Assembly (NCBI GenBank): GCA_000697335.1
Contig: JNEM01007793.1
Span: 1 to 53,858 of the forward strand
Direction: 5' to 3'
DNA length: 53,858 nucleotides
From: Conidiobolus incongruus B7586
Taxonomy: Eukaryota
A program made the position numbers and the translations under genes. Shown here one piece after another: positions 1 through 11,500 of the stretch. Below the pieces are notes generated by a model. It ran no database searches, had not been told where the DNA came from, and saw only the letters and a list, made by a program, of their open reading frames with translations. How positions within the stretch are numbered: the stretch's first letter is position 1; each line of letters begins with the position of its first letter.

Positions 1-183
1 TATATAAATAAATTATATTATAAAAGTTTAAAACATAATATTTAATAAAAGAACATTATATATCTATATATATAGTATATAATTAAATACTCTTTTATTT
101 ATTTTAAATTATTTTTTTCATTGAATAATATATCAAAAATATCAAATATTAAAAAATTTCTTAGTTTTCCAATTCCAAAATAA
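1..183 (-). mobile_element. Probable degenerate 5' terminus of a mariner-family copy, truncated by the window start
   Basis: 124-185 (aataatatatcaaaaatatcaaatattaaaaaatttcttagttttccaattccaaaataata) aligns by eye with the mariner end at 7171-7232 (aataatatgtttgaaaaatcaaaaattaaaaaattttccattatttcaaatttaaggtaata) and ends in TA. The sequence is very AT-rich, so chance similarity is possible. Confidence 0.4.
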
Positions 184-2185
184 TATTATATTAATTAATT
201 AACTATTTCAAAAAGATAATTAATAAAAAATATTATTTTATCAGTTAAATCTTAACTTATTATTTTAATAGAATTAATTGCAAAAATATAATTATTAATT
301 TTATAATTTTATTAATTATACAATATTTAATGGGAATAGATATTTTTATAAGATTTTATTAATATAGTGCAAAATCAAAGAAAATTTTTATAATATATAA
401 AATAATATTTTGAATTTTGATAATAAAGTATTAGAATCATTTAATAAAGGTAAATATAATATTAATTAGTTCAAAATATTAGTATGTATTGAATAGCAAT
501 TTAATTTGAAAAGAGCGATTATTTAATATATAATATTTATAATATTAATTTTATATATCTTATTTATTCAATTATATATTTTTATTAGAATGATATAATA
601 TAATTTGGTTAAAAATATCAATAAATCCAGAATATAATTTAATATATGAATTTAAATATCAAATATCAAATATCAAATTTCTCTCAGTCCTATTGTTAAT
701 TGTTATAATTTAAAATACTATTTTGTAATAAATGTTATTAAGTTCAAACTTTAATTATTTAATTAATTTTAAAAATTCAATATTATCAAATTTAATATTT
801 TTAGTAAAGCTTGGACATTGAACCCTTATTAGTAAACATCAAATCAACAAAAATAATAATTAAAATGAAAAAATCAAAGAATGTAATAAAGGTAATGATT
901 TGAGGAAAATCACTGTGCTGAAGTTAAAGATATTTTACTTGTCAGATAGGGTAACTGCCTTAGTTGTCACATCTCAATCAAATGTCAAAGCCTAAAATTT
1001 CTTTTCAGCTGAACCAACTTAAATGTATAAAAATATAAAGATTACTTAAATAAAGCATTGAATTAAATTTGAAATTTATTCAACTTGGTTCAATTCTTGC
1101 TCTATTTCAAGTTTCCATTTTTCAGTTTTTATTTCTAATGTATAATCGCTTTTAAAGCCCTAAATATATTTCATATTTAGTACATCGAATATATGAATGA
1201 TTTTTAATTAAACTTTTTGATTTTATATCAACTACAAATTAAATATGAGATATATTCAATTAAAAAAATATTAATTAGATATTTGGATATAGTCTTTTAA
1301 ATATGTGATATGATGAATGGTATTAATTTCGAATTTGATTTGAAATAACTTTAAAAAATGGTGAGAATTTTATGAATAATATATATATATATTCTTGAAA
1401 TATAAGTATTGATTCAACTTTTGAAAAATTTAATATTGTAATTTATGTGTAATTTTTATTTTTATGAACGATCAAGCTTAATCATTACAAAAATGTAAAT
1501 TAACTTAAATTTTATAATGGCTATTCTAATAATAATGCATTTTATAGAATATAAATTAATCAACATCTTGACTTTTATTTAATGATGAAAATATTCATAC
1601 ATTGTATTATAAACTTTACAAAATATAATCAAGCTTTGATGTATTTTGCAAATATTAATAGATTTTATTTAATGTACTAATTAAGTAAATTCATTGATTC
1701 TGAAGTGAAAATTTCAAATAATTTACAGTTTTATTATATACTAGCAATAATGAATTGTAATGGTTTTTAGTTTTATTTATACTTTTTCTTGATATTTCAA
1801 TATTTGACTACTAATAGATTATTATTAGATTTTTTTCATAGTTATTTTTAAATTAATTTAATATTGGTGATTAGTTAAATTTTTAAATTATAGTTAAAAA
1901 TTATCACAATTATAATTCAATATATAATAATGACACAATATTAATATTTATTATAATATATTTTATACATGATATTCTAAATTGTTCGAGAGTTGTAGTA
2001 TTTCAAACTAGTTTCTACCCAGCTTCAACTTATAAAGTATCCACAATATAAAATTTTTTACCTAAAAAATCAATTTATAATCCCACAACAACAAATTAAA
2101 AGGGATAAATCATATATAAAATCCAAAGTTAAGGGATTTCAAATTAATTATTCATTTTATAGACTTTAATAAAATATCATAAATA

Positions 2186-4244
2186 ATGGAAAGTAGTAAT
2201 AATAGTAGAAAACCTGGTAGCTTTTTAACTTCTTCTGGTAGACCGTAAGTTTATTTACTTATTCAGTAAATATATTATGTTGCTGAAATATTTTTTATTA
2301 GTCCATGGTATAATACTGAGGGTGAAAGTTTTCAATCTTATTTAATTGGTATTGCAGGTAATATGAATTCTCTAATATTTATTATTATTATGAAATTTTA
2401 TTGAATTAATAAATTATTATTATGGTTGTTGTTTCAAATTTGATTAAATTTCCCTAATTTCCAATAAAACAAATTATTAAACTATTCACGATCTTTAGGT
2501 GGTAGTGCCTCCGGTAAAACGAGTGTAGCCCAGTAATTAATCCTAATCAACTCATCTATTCAGTGCAGTTTAATCCAATATAATTTTAGAATGTTAATTA
2601 AAAATTTGAATATACCTTGGGTAGTAGTGATCAGTATGGATTCTTTCTATAAAGCTTTAAATGCCGACGAAAAGAAACTTGTAGCTAGTGGTGATTACGA
2701 TTTTGATCATCCTAATTCCTTCGATTTTGGTTTGTTAAAGGATACTTTGTTGAAAATTAAATCTGGGTATTTTTTATTTATATTCTGTATTAAATGATAT
2801 ATTAATCTAGAATTTATAGTAAAAAGGTGGATATCCCTAATTATTGCTTTAAAACACACGCTAGGTATGTATTCAATCAGATTCAAATGTGAATTATTTG
2901 ATATTGACTGGACATATTTAGAACATCTGTCACTACACCCATCTATGGTGCCAATATCATCATTTTTGAAGGTATTTTGGCTTTCCACGATCCTTCCATT
3001 GTTGAATTAATGGATCTTAAGGTAACTTAAAATGATGTTTCTGATAATATATATTTCTAAATTGAATAATGCAATGACTAGATCTTTGTTGATACTGCCT
3101 CCGATGTCAGATTGGCTAGAAGACGTAAGTGCCAACATTAATTTAACTTGTTTAGTATATTAACTGACGAAATTTTAGTCAAGAGAGATATTGTCGAACG
3201 TGGTAGAGACCCTCAAGGTGTTTTAATCCAATATAACCGTTTTGTCAAGCCCGGTTATGACGAATTCATTCAACCCACCATTAAGAAAGCTGATTTGATC
3301 ATCCCCCGTGGCCTTGACAACTTGGTTGCCATCGATATGGTCTCACGCTTTACCAAGCAACGCCTCGAAGAACTCCCCATGCGCTTCAGATGGCATCTTG
3401 CTCAATCCTGCAACCATCCCGATGAGCTTCCCTCCAATCTTGTTGTACTTAAGCAAACCAAACAACTCATCTGCATCCACACCATTTTGCGTGATGCCAA
3501 ATGCCCCAGAGATGAGTTCATCTTTTACACTCAAAGATTGACCAACCTTATCATTGAAACTGCACTTGCCCATTTGCCTATCAGATCTATCGAGGTTGAA
3601 ACTGCCGCTGGTGCCAAGTTCCAGGGTACAGAATTCACTGCCAAGGTGTGCGGTGTTTCCGTCTTGCGCGCTGGTGATACCATGGTACCCACATTAAGAA
3701 AAGTCTGCAAAGATTGCCCCATTGGAAAAATCCTTATCCAATCTGATAGCGCCACTGGCGAACCTGAGCTTCACTACTGTAAATTACCTAATGATATGAA
3801 TGGTTATAGCGTTTTCTTGATGGACGCTACCATTGCTACCGGTGCTGCCGCTATTATGGCTATCAAGGTTCTCTTGGATCATGATGTTAAAGAGGTAACT
3901 ATATCTATAAATATCTAATTACATTTATGATTTAACTATACATATTAGGAACAAATTATTTTCTTATGTTATTTGGCCACTCCTCAAGGTAGTTATATAT
4001 ATTCTAAAATTTGAGGATTCATATTCTAATAATTGATATAGGCGTTCACTCTATTAACAAAGCCTTCCCCAAGGTCAAGATTATTACTTCTATGGTGGAT
4101 CCCGGTCTCAAAGCTAATACATGCTTCATCGAACCCGGTATCGGTAACTTTGGAGGTAATTTACGCTCTTTTAAATATTTTAATATAAATCATCAACTGA
4201 ATATTTTATCATTTTTAGATAGATACTATGGTACCGAAGACTAA
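2186..4244 (+). CDS. URK1: Uridine/cytidine kinase fused to a C-terminal uracil phosphoribosyltransferase-like domain (UCKL1/Urk1 type), about 10 introns
   Basis: Spliced translation gives [24 protein letters not shown]-loop [35 protein letters not shown] and [10 protein letters not shown], then a UPRT domain ([45 protein letters not shown]). GT-AG introns were read by eye, e.g. 2245-2301, 3125-3178 and 4156-4218. Confidence 0.93.
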
Positions 4245-4545
4245 TTCAAAATTAATTAAAAACTTTTTCTTTAATAGAGTTGTTATTTATATTAAAATTT
4301 CAGTTAAAATTTCTTTATTTTTAAAAAAACTCATTAAAATATTCTATATACTTAATTTGAATTTAATACAAATTGAATTCCACATAATTTTAATGTTAAT
4401 AACTAAAAACTTTTAAAATAAATATCATAATATTATATTTTGGAAAGTTAATTTAATATAATGTAAAGTTTTAATTGAAAGCAAAATAATAGAATTAGCA
4501 AAGAGAGTAAATTTAAAATAAAAAATTATGAATTTGTTTAATTTG

Positions 4546-5250
4546 TTACTCTACACTTTAAATAATAAGAATTTTTTGTAATCAAAAAAAAATATTTTGA
4601 TATATAATACATAAAAACAAATATATATTATAAAATTAATACTCTCTTTTATTATTAATAACATTTGTTATATTTTTAACAAAAATCTAATATATAAAAA
4701 TAATTCTTTTTATTAAAAAGTTAAAATTTAATATTTCACAAACTAATTATATTTTCCTGAAGAAATTATTTTTTCTTTTAAGCTAGTTTTTTAATTATGT
4801 AAAATAATTATAATTATATAAGTTATATTCTAATAAATATATTAAATATAATAATTTTTTCTAATTATTTTTAATTAAAATTTTTTTTATAACTTTATAT
4901 ATTGTATAATTATAACTCAAAATAATATGTTTTTTTATATTATATTAAAGATATTAATTAAATATAATTTTATTTAAAAAATAATATAAAGTTTAATATT
5001 AATTGATTTTTTTTAAAGATTAAAAAAGAAAATTATATGTTATTATAATTTATTTTAATAATTAATATTTGTTTATTAATAAAATATTTATTTAAAAGGA
5101 TTTATAAAAAAGATAAATTTAATTTAATCTAATATCTTGATTTATGTTTTAATAAAAAATTATACAAAAATATTTAAAATTTATTATTTATAATAATTTA
5201 TTATAAAAACTTTAACTTTTAATTATACTTTCATAAGTTTTATATTATAA
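4546..5250 (-). mobile_element. Older mariner relic, copy A (3' TIR plus 3' half of the transposase)
   Basis: Starts ttactctacactttaaataataagaatttttt, matching the TIR at 5324, and is colinear with about 5324-6040 for ~700 bp. It is more AT-decayed than copy B. Confidence 0.8.
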
Positions 5251-5323
5251 GTGTGATAGTAAAATACTAATATAATATAGAGGAAGGCTTTAATATAAAA
5301 GTAATATAACACAAAATATAGTA

Positions 5324-6610
5324 TTACTCTATATTTTTAATAATGGGAATTTTTTGCAATTAAAAATAAATAAACATTTGAATATATAATATATAAAAAT
5401 AAATATATAATATAAATTTAATAGTTTCTTTTATTATTAATAACTTTTTGCTATATTTTTAGTAAACTTCTAACACCTAAAAAACAGTTCTTTTTATTAA
5501 AGACTAAAATTTAATGTTTCACAAACCAATTAAATTTTCCTGTAGAAATATTCTTTCTTGTAAGCTGGTTTTTTAATTACCTAAAGCAATTATAATCACA
5601 TAGGTTATAATCAAAGGAATATACTAGATATAGTAGTTTTTTCCAGTTATTTTTAATTAGAAAGTTTTTTACAACTTTAGATTTATGTATTTTGTGATTA
5701 TCATGTAAAATAATAGGTTTTCTTAAATTATATTAAGAACACTAATTAAAAATACTTTTATTTAAAAAAGTAATATATAGTTTATTATTAATTGATTTTC
5801 CTTTAAAAACTAAATAAGAATAACATATACTATTATAATCTATTATAATAATTAACATTCACTTATTAACAAAATGCTTATTTAAAAGGATTTATAAAGG
5901 GGGTTGATTTAACTTAATCTAACATCTTGATTTGTGTTTTAGTAAAAGATTATACATAAAAATCTAAGATTCATCAATTGTAATTATTTGCTGTAAAAGT
6001 TTAAGTTTCTAATAATATTTTAATAAGTTTTGTTTAACAATAGCTACTCTAGTTTTTTTTAAGCTTTAATTAAATTATAAGGTATTTATTTTATATTTTT
6101 ATTTATTAATTTTAGTTTACACTTTAAAATATATAAAATACTTGTAAAACTAATATTAAAGTGCTTAGATAATTCTCTAGCTAAAATAAAAAGGTGTTGT
6201 TTAATATATTATTTCACTTTATTTACAATTGAAAAAATAATAGTTAAAGTTAATCTTTTAGATTTTAACAGGTTTTGAATAATTTTTTTTTAGCTTTAAA
6301 GTAATTTACTAAATAATAAATTGTTAATTTAGATAATGTTTTATTATTAAAAGCTACTTGTAAATTTTAAATAATTTTAGAGGGTTTATAGTTAAGTTTT
6401 ATTAATACCAAAATAAAAAACTTTTGATGATTACTATTTAGTTTAAACATAATTAAATTAAACAACCAATTTTAAAAAGTTAATTTTTTAATCAAAAAAA
6501 CTAATATATAATTTCCTATTAACTTTATATATATTTATTTATTTTAAACTAATAATATATTTGAAAAATTAGAAATTAAAAAATTTCCCATTATTTTAAA
6601 TTTAAGGTAA
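5324..6610 (-). mobile_element. Full-length (1287 bp) non-functional mariner (DD34D) DNA transposon, copy B
   Basis: TA on both sides (5322-5323, 6611-6612). Imperfect ~30-bp TIRs: ttactctatatttttaataatgggaattttt versus the reverse complement of the right end, ttaccttaaatttaaaataatgggaaatttt. It contains a transposase pseudo-ORF, and the size matches canonical ~1.3-kb mariners. Confidence 0.9.
5418..6450 (-). pseudogene. Mariner transposase pseudogene (~344 codons, with stops and frameshifts)
   Basis: Manual translation gives an N-terminal HTH (MFKLNSNHQKFFILVLIKLNYKPSKII*NLQVAFNNKTLSKLTIYY), a first Asp in IDES*IFMYN, and IILHDNHKIHKSKVVKNFLIKNNWKKLLYLVYSFDYNLCDYNCF with 34 residues between the 2nd and 3rd Asp (a decayed HPPYSPDLAPxDY motif). 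The C-terminus reads GVRSLLKI*QKVINNKRNY*. Confidence 0.9.
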
Positions 6611-6974
6611 TATTATAAAGTAGCTATAATGTATAAATATAAATAAAATTTAATTAAGCTTTAAATTAAAATAAGTCACTAATATATTAAGATTTATATT
6701 AGGTAGTGTTAATATTCTATAATATTAATAGAATAGAGTTTTAATTTTAAAAATAATAAAAAAAATAAGAAATAGTAAAAATTAAAAGAAAAAAAACCTA
6801 GTTTATTAAATAATTTAATACTATTTATATAATTAATTTAGTTATAAAAGTATAAATTAATTATATAATTTATAATTAATTGAATTATATAGAAATATAT
6901 ATAAGAATTTAAAGAACTAGTTACTTAACAATAATAGTTAAAATTAGTTAAATTGTAATAAGTTTTAATAATTT

Positions 6975-7230
6975 GTTTTTTAATTTTAAATAATTTTAAA
7001 GGGTTTATTATTTAGTTTTATTAATACTAAAACAAAAAACTTTTGATAATTACTATTTAATTTAAACAACCAATTTTAAAAAATTATTTTTTTAATCAAA
7101 AAAATTATTATATATATATATATATATATAATTTCTTATTTACTTTATATATATTTATTTATTTAAAACTAATAATATGTTTGAAAAATCAAAAATTAAA
7201 AAATTTTCCATTATTTCAAATTTAAGGTAA
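6975..7230 (-). mobile_element. 5' end of a second mariner copy, probably the other half of copy A
   Basis: Near-copy of about 6360-6610, including the terminal ...ccattatttcaaatttaaggtaa followed by TA at 7231-7232. It has a short deletion that removes the ATG and an expanded (TA)n tract. Confidence 0.8.
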
Positions 7231-7543
7231 TAGTATACTTAAGTAGCAACCTATAACTTTACTTGAGTCAACTTCCATTATTCACTCTACACTTGTTCTT
7301 ATTGATATTTTGTGATTCCATCCCCTTAACATGCTGGATCCTCACACCACCACTATTGTTATTGATCTAGTTACTCTTTTTAACACCTTGTTTACAAGTG
7401 ATTATATCTGAATACCCAGGGGACTAATCATTGGTAGTTTACCCTAGTTAGTAGGTGTCATGCTTCACAAGCTGGTCTATACAATGGCTGTATCAGTGTC
7501 CTCAATGACACTCCAAGAGCTAATAACCACAACAGTATGCCAA

Positions 7544-7615
7544 GGCTCAATGACTTAGTGGTACAATTCTCCCTTAGGGTGAGGGAGGTCCTGAGTTTGA
7601 TTCCCAGTTGATCCA
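7544..7615 (+). pseudogene. Degenerate tRNA-Pro(AGG) pseudogene
   Basis: ggctcaa-tgacttagtggtacaa-ttctccc-ttAGGgt-gaggg-aggtc-ctgag-tttgatt-cccag-ttgatcc-a follows the eukaryotic tRNA-Pro layout. The T-loop TTCGA has become TTTGA, and there are mismatches in the T, anticodon and acceptor stems. Confidence 0.75.
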
Positions 7616-7801
7616 GTCACCAGTATTTGTTTAATCTTTCATTAATTGTGATATTTTATTATTCCAAACTTACATATATTTAACCATTTATAATTTGAAT
7701 CATATTCATTTGCTATTGTCGCGGATCAGGATATCCACTCACCATTCAACTTTAACCATCTGTCATGATTCCAAATGTAATCCACTCACAAATACCAGGC
7801 A

Positions 7802-7981
7802 CAATCCTTGCAGAATGGAAAATTCCAGACTATAACAGTAATTGAAGTTTCAACACATTAGCAAAGGACTAACCATACTATAAAATAGTCATTGGGCACT
7901 TATTCGCTCAGGGGTCATCTCGATCAGGGCCAAGCCCTACACATTGATATTTTAATAAAACCCTTTAAAGTATCTCATTAG
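7802..7981 (+). mobile_element. Possible Ty1/copia RNase H C-terminal relic
   Basis: One frame reads ...EVSTH*QRTNHTIK*SLGTYSLRGHLDQGQALHIDILIKPF, which loosely resembles copia H.RTKHI...IRD.V..G.I....ADILTKPL. The stops are TAG codons, consistent with CAG/TGG decay. Confidence 0.3.
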
Positions 7982-8501
7982 TCATCCTTGGCCAGTTATA
8001 TCAAATCCACGCGATATGTATTGCAAGTCTACTTTCTAGAAGACCTGCGTTATATAATTAATATTTTTTCTTAATATTTTTAATATTATTTTATTAGCAT
8101 TTCAACAGCTCTTTTTTCAATTAACAATTACAACATTATAGCTATTTTTGAAAATTAGTTCATTTATCACTTTTTTCATATTAATCAATAATTAATCAAA
8201 TAATTCAAAAATATATTGATATTTAATTTTTCTAGTTTTGATTGTTGCATTTTCATGTTTAGATTTTTTAAAGTGAAAGTGATGTTAGATGACTTGGATT
8301 AAAATACAGATAGATTAGAAAAATAATAAACAATTACAAAAATAAGATTATAAAGTTATTAAAGTAATAACTTTATATAATAGTAAAAAGATTGTTTTTG
8401 GAATTGTTTATATTTACATATTGAATTTAGCTTGATTTTAGATTGATTGAATAATTTACAATATAAGATATACTGGTTTAGACCGGATTTCAGCAAGTTG
8501 A

Positions 8502-11500
8502 TTATTTCGCATTCTTGGTGCTAATCGCAATTCGATGGCCAATAGGACTGCTTAAGCTGCGTTTTAGAGTCATCGAATTGATATACTTCATATTATTCCC
8601 ACCATGACCGCCACTCTTTGCTCTTTCAGTGAGTTCTATTCCATCCCTGTGGCTTAGGAATCGTTGTGCGAAGGTATCTCCCTGGGCAGCCGCTTGATGG
8701 AACCAGAATAGGGCGGTTGCAACGTTGGCGGCGTTATATTTGCTATCTTCGTCGTCTTTGGAACTGGACCCGAGTTGATATCCAGTGTAGAAGCTTAGGA
8801 AACCCTGATTGGGTGATGTGATCGTTGGGGAATTTGTAGGAGATGAATTGATAGGGTTAATGGTTTCAGAAATGTTGGGTAATGATAGGTACAAGATGGC
8901 TAGCTCTCTTTGAGCAACAGCATGCCCTTCCTTGGCACCAATAGTAAACAGTCTGACTGCTTCCATCTGCTGCCTAAGCTCATAGCCTTCCTGGTCATCG
9001 ATCATAATCCTCTCAGGGAGGGGTCTCGAACTTCTACGCTCGGTAGCAAAATCCAAGATATCTGCAGCATGACTTACAATGCGCTCGACAGCCTCCTTCT
9101 TAAGGCTCATTACAGCCAAGGAGAAATCCCAGAAAGCTTTGCCCTCATCTGAGAGATCGAGAATTGTGGTGGGTACGAATGTGGCAATGGCTTGAAGATC
9201 TTTGAGGAGATATTTGGGACGGATCTGACGAAATACTTTCTCAATCTCATTGATAATAGAGTCAGTATTGGGCGAATCAGAGATAGAAAGATTGGCAACA
9301 ATAAGTAGCTCGAGGTTGAAAAGAGTGTGTAATTTGTGAAGAGGAGAAGGATGTAAGGTTAGCTGTGTGCACAATGTACCATATGCATCTGAAAGAGCAT
9401 AGACTGATGTGGATGTGGATGTGGAGACTGGAGGAGGAGGAGGAGGAGGAGAAAGAATCATACCAGATGCTGAAGATGACTCAGAAGTAGGCGAAGGAGA
9501 GCAGGAAGATAATGAGGGAAGTTTTGGTGTAGGTGGATTATTACTGCCAATTGTCAGTTTTGAAGTAGCATCCTCTAAATCGTCAAAATGTCCATAGAAG
9601 TTAGAAGATGTGGTAGATTGACGATCAATGTCATCCTTGAAATCGACATCACCTCCTTCAGTAACGAATTCATTAAACCATAAATCTGTTTCACTATATC
9701 TGAAAAAATAATAAAATTCACTCAGAATAAGTCCAACCAATTTGAGATGAATTCCATGATCAAATTCATCTTCAATAGAGTTACCATGAGCACTAAAATC
9801 GTGGGATCTAGTAGTATTCTCTTCAGTCATTCCCCAAGCGTTATAGGCGGTGGAATCTGTCGAAATGCTGCAGCGATGATTTTTCCTAAAACTATTGTGG
9901 TAATCTGAGGGCAGCTGAGATTTGTTATTTCCTAATCCTTTGAACTTGTAAGATGGGTTGAAAAGTTGATTTTCCACAGAATAACATTCCCAATCCATTG
10001 TTGTAGCTGCTGCAGCAATAGCAATATTTTGAACTTCCATGCAAAATCTGTGATATTTATGGTCATTAGGCAAAAAGTTATAGATATCTCTACCTTCAAT
10101 ATATTTATCCACTTCCACGCAGGTTTGTTCGCTCATCTCGGCCAATTGAGCCAATTCTAATATCGTATTGCGGTGTCGATCAAATGTCTTGGAAGTACGA
10201 AATATATTATATAAAAATCTCAATCTTAGTGATGAGGCCCGAGACTCTCTCATTTTGAGCATATTGCGAAGTCGAGATTCGGTTTCCATAGCATAAGCTG
10301 TCCAAATATTGCGTTCATGACGGTGAGCTTCTCGGATTGCTTTAGCTCTTTCGAACTCTTTAGAAATATGCTGAATTAGCTGAGAACAATTATTTTCCCG
10401 ATATGATAAGGGTAATGTCTTGATAAGTTCTCGTGCCTGCTGGAAGGTGACTGCATCACTAAATTTGTTATTTTCGCGGGAGAGAGTTACAGCTGCTGCT
10501 AATATACAATCAAGTGAAGGAACAGAGGGTGAAATGATATCATATGAGGTATATTGTATATCATATGAAGTCAATAGTAAAATAATCGCATTTCCAATCG
10601 TTTTTAATGCAGGTAATTCATTGTGTTCTTCAGGTTGTTGCTCTGTAGGTGTTAAAAAGGGCGCATTTGTGAGGGGTGGGTTTGTTGTAGGAGATAGATG
10701 AACATTCTGATTATCTTGAGTTTGCACTGATCCAGTAACAACTTGTAATACTGCTATGTTTGGAGCTGGAGAAGTGGGAAGTGCACCAATTTCATAGACG
10801 GATGCACGGGATGCGTCAAGGAGTGTGACTAGAATTTTTTGTGATGGTGTCAATTTGGATTCTACAGAATTTATACGTGATGAGAAAAACTGATGAAGCG
10901 TCATAACATCTTGTGGAGCAATTGCCAATGTCGGTGTAACCGAAGGAAATACAATGGGAGATGAAGAAGAAGACTGGTTGCAAGGTAACAAAGGTAAATG
11001 CTGTGTTATAGATACACATGGATCAGAGAGATCCGAGGGGATGAATTGATTCGTAATAGATTCGATCAAACTTTTGATTTTTGAGTCTATTCTCAATGAT
11101 CTTCTGTTCCAACCAAGAGAATGATTTGCCAGAGTAGTGACATATCTATATAATCTTTGATGTGTTGTGAATAGAATTCTTTGGCGTCTCTTCTCAGAGA
11201 TATAGTAATCTTCGCAGAGTCCATAATATTCTGGATATGTTATTACTTTACCAAGAAATCGAAAAAAGAAAAATTTCAGCATCAATAAAATGTTTGCATA
11301 TTGATGTAGATGGGGTGGCAGAGATTTGATGATAGAGTGTGATAAAGCAATGAGACAAGGGGGAATGTATTTGTCAAGAATGACAAGTAAGTCAATACAG
11401 GCCTGGTCAAAGAATTTTTCAATATCGCTATTAGATGTAGTTGGAGTTGGATGATGGATTGAAGTGTGTGAGTACGAGCGTGATCGGGGTCTCATAAGAT

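Noticed and set aside
314..710. Possible MITE with weak inverted ends (aattatacaatatttaatgggaataga / tctctcagtcctattgttaattgttataatt)
   Set aside because: Similarity is too low to distinguish from chance in very AT-rich DNA.
7608..7640. tRNA-Pro relic as an LTR primer-binding site on the minus strand
   Set aside because: The whole tRNA body is present, and there is no clean CA-TGG junction or adjacent identifiable LTR.
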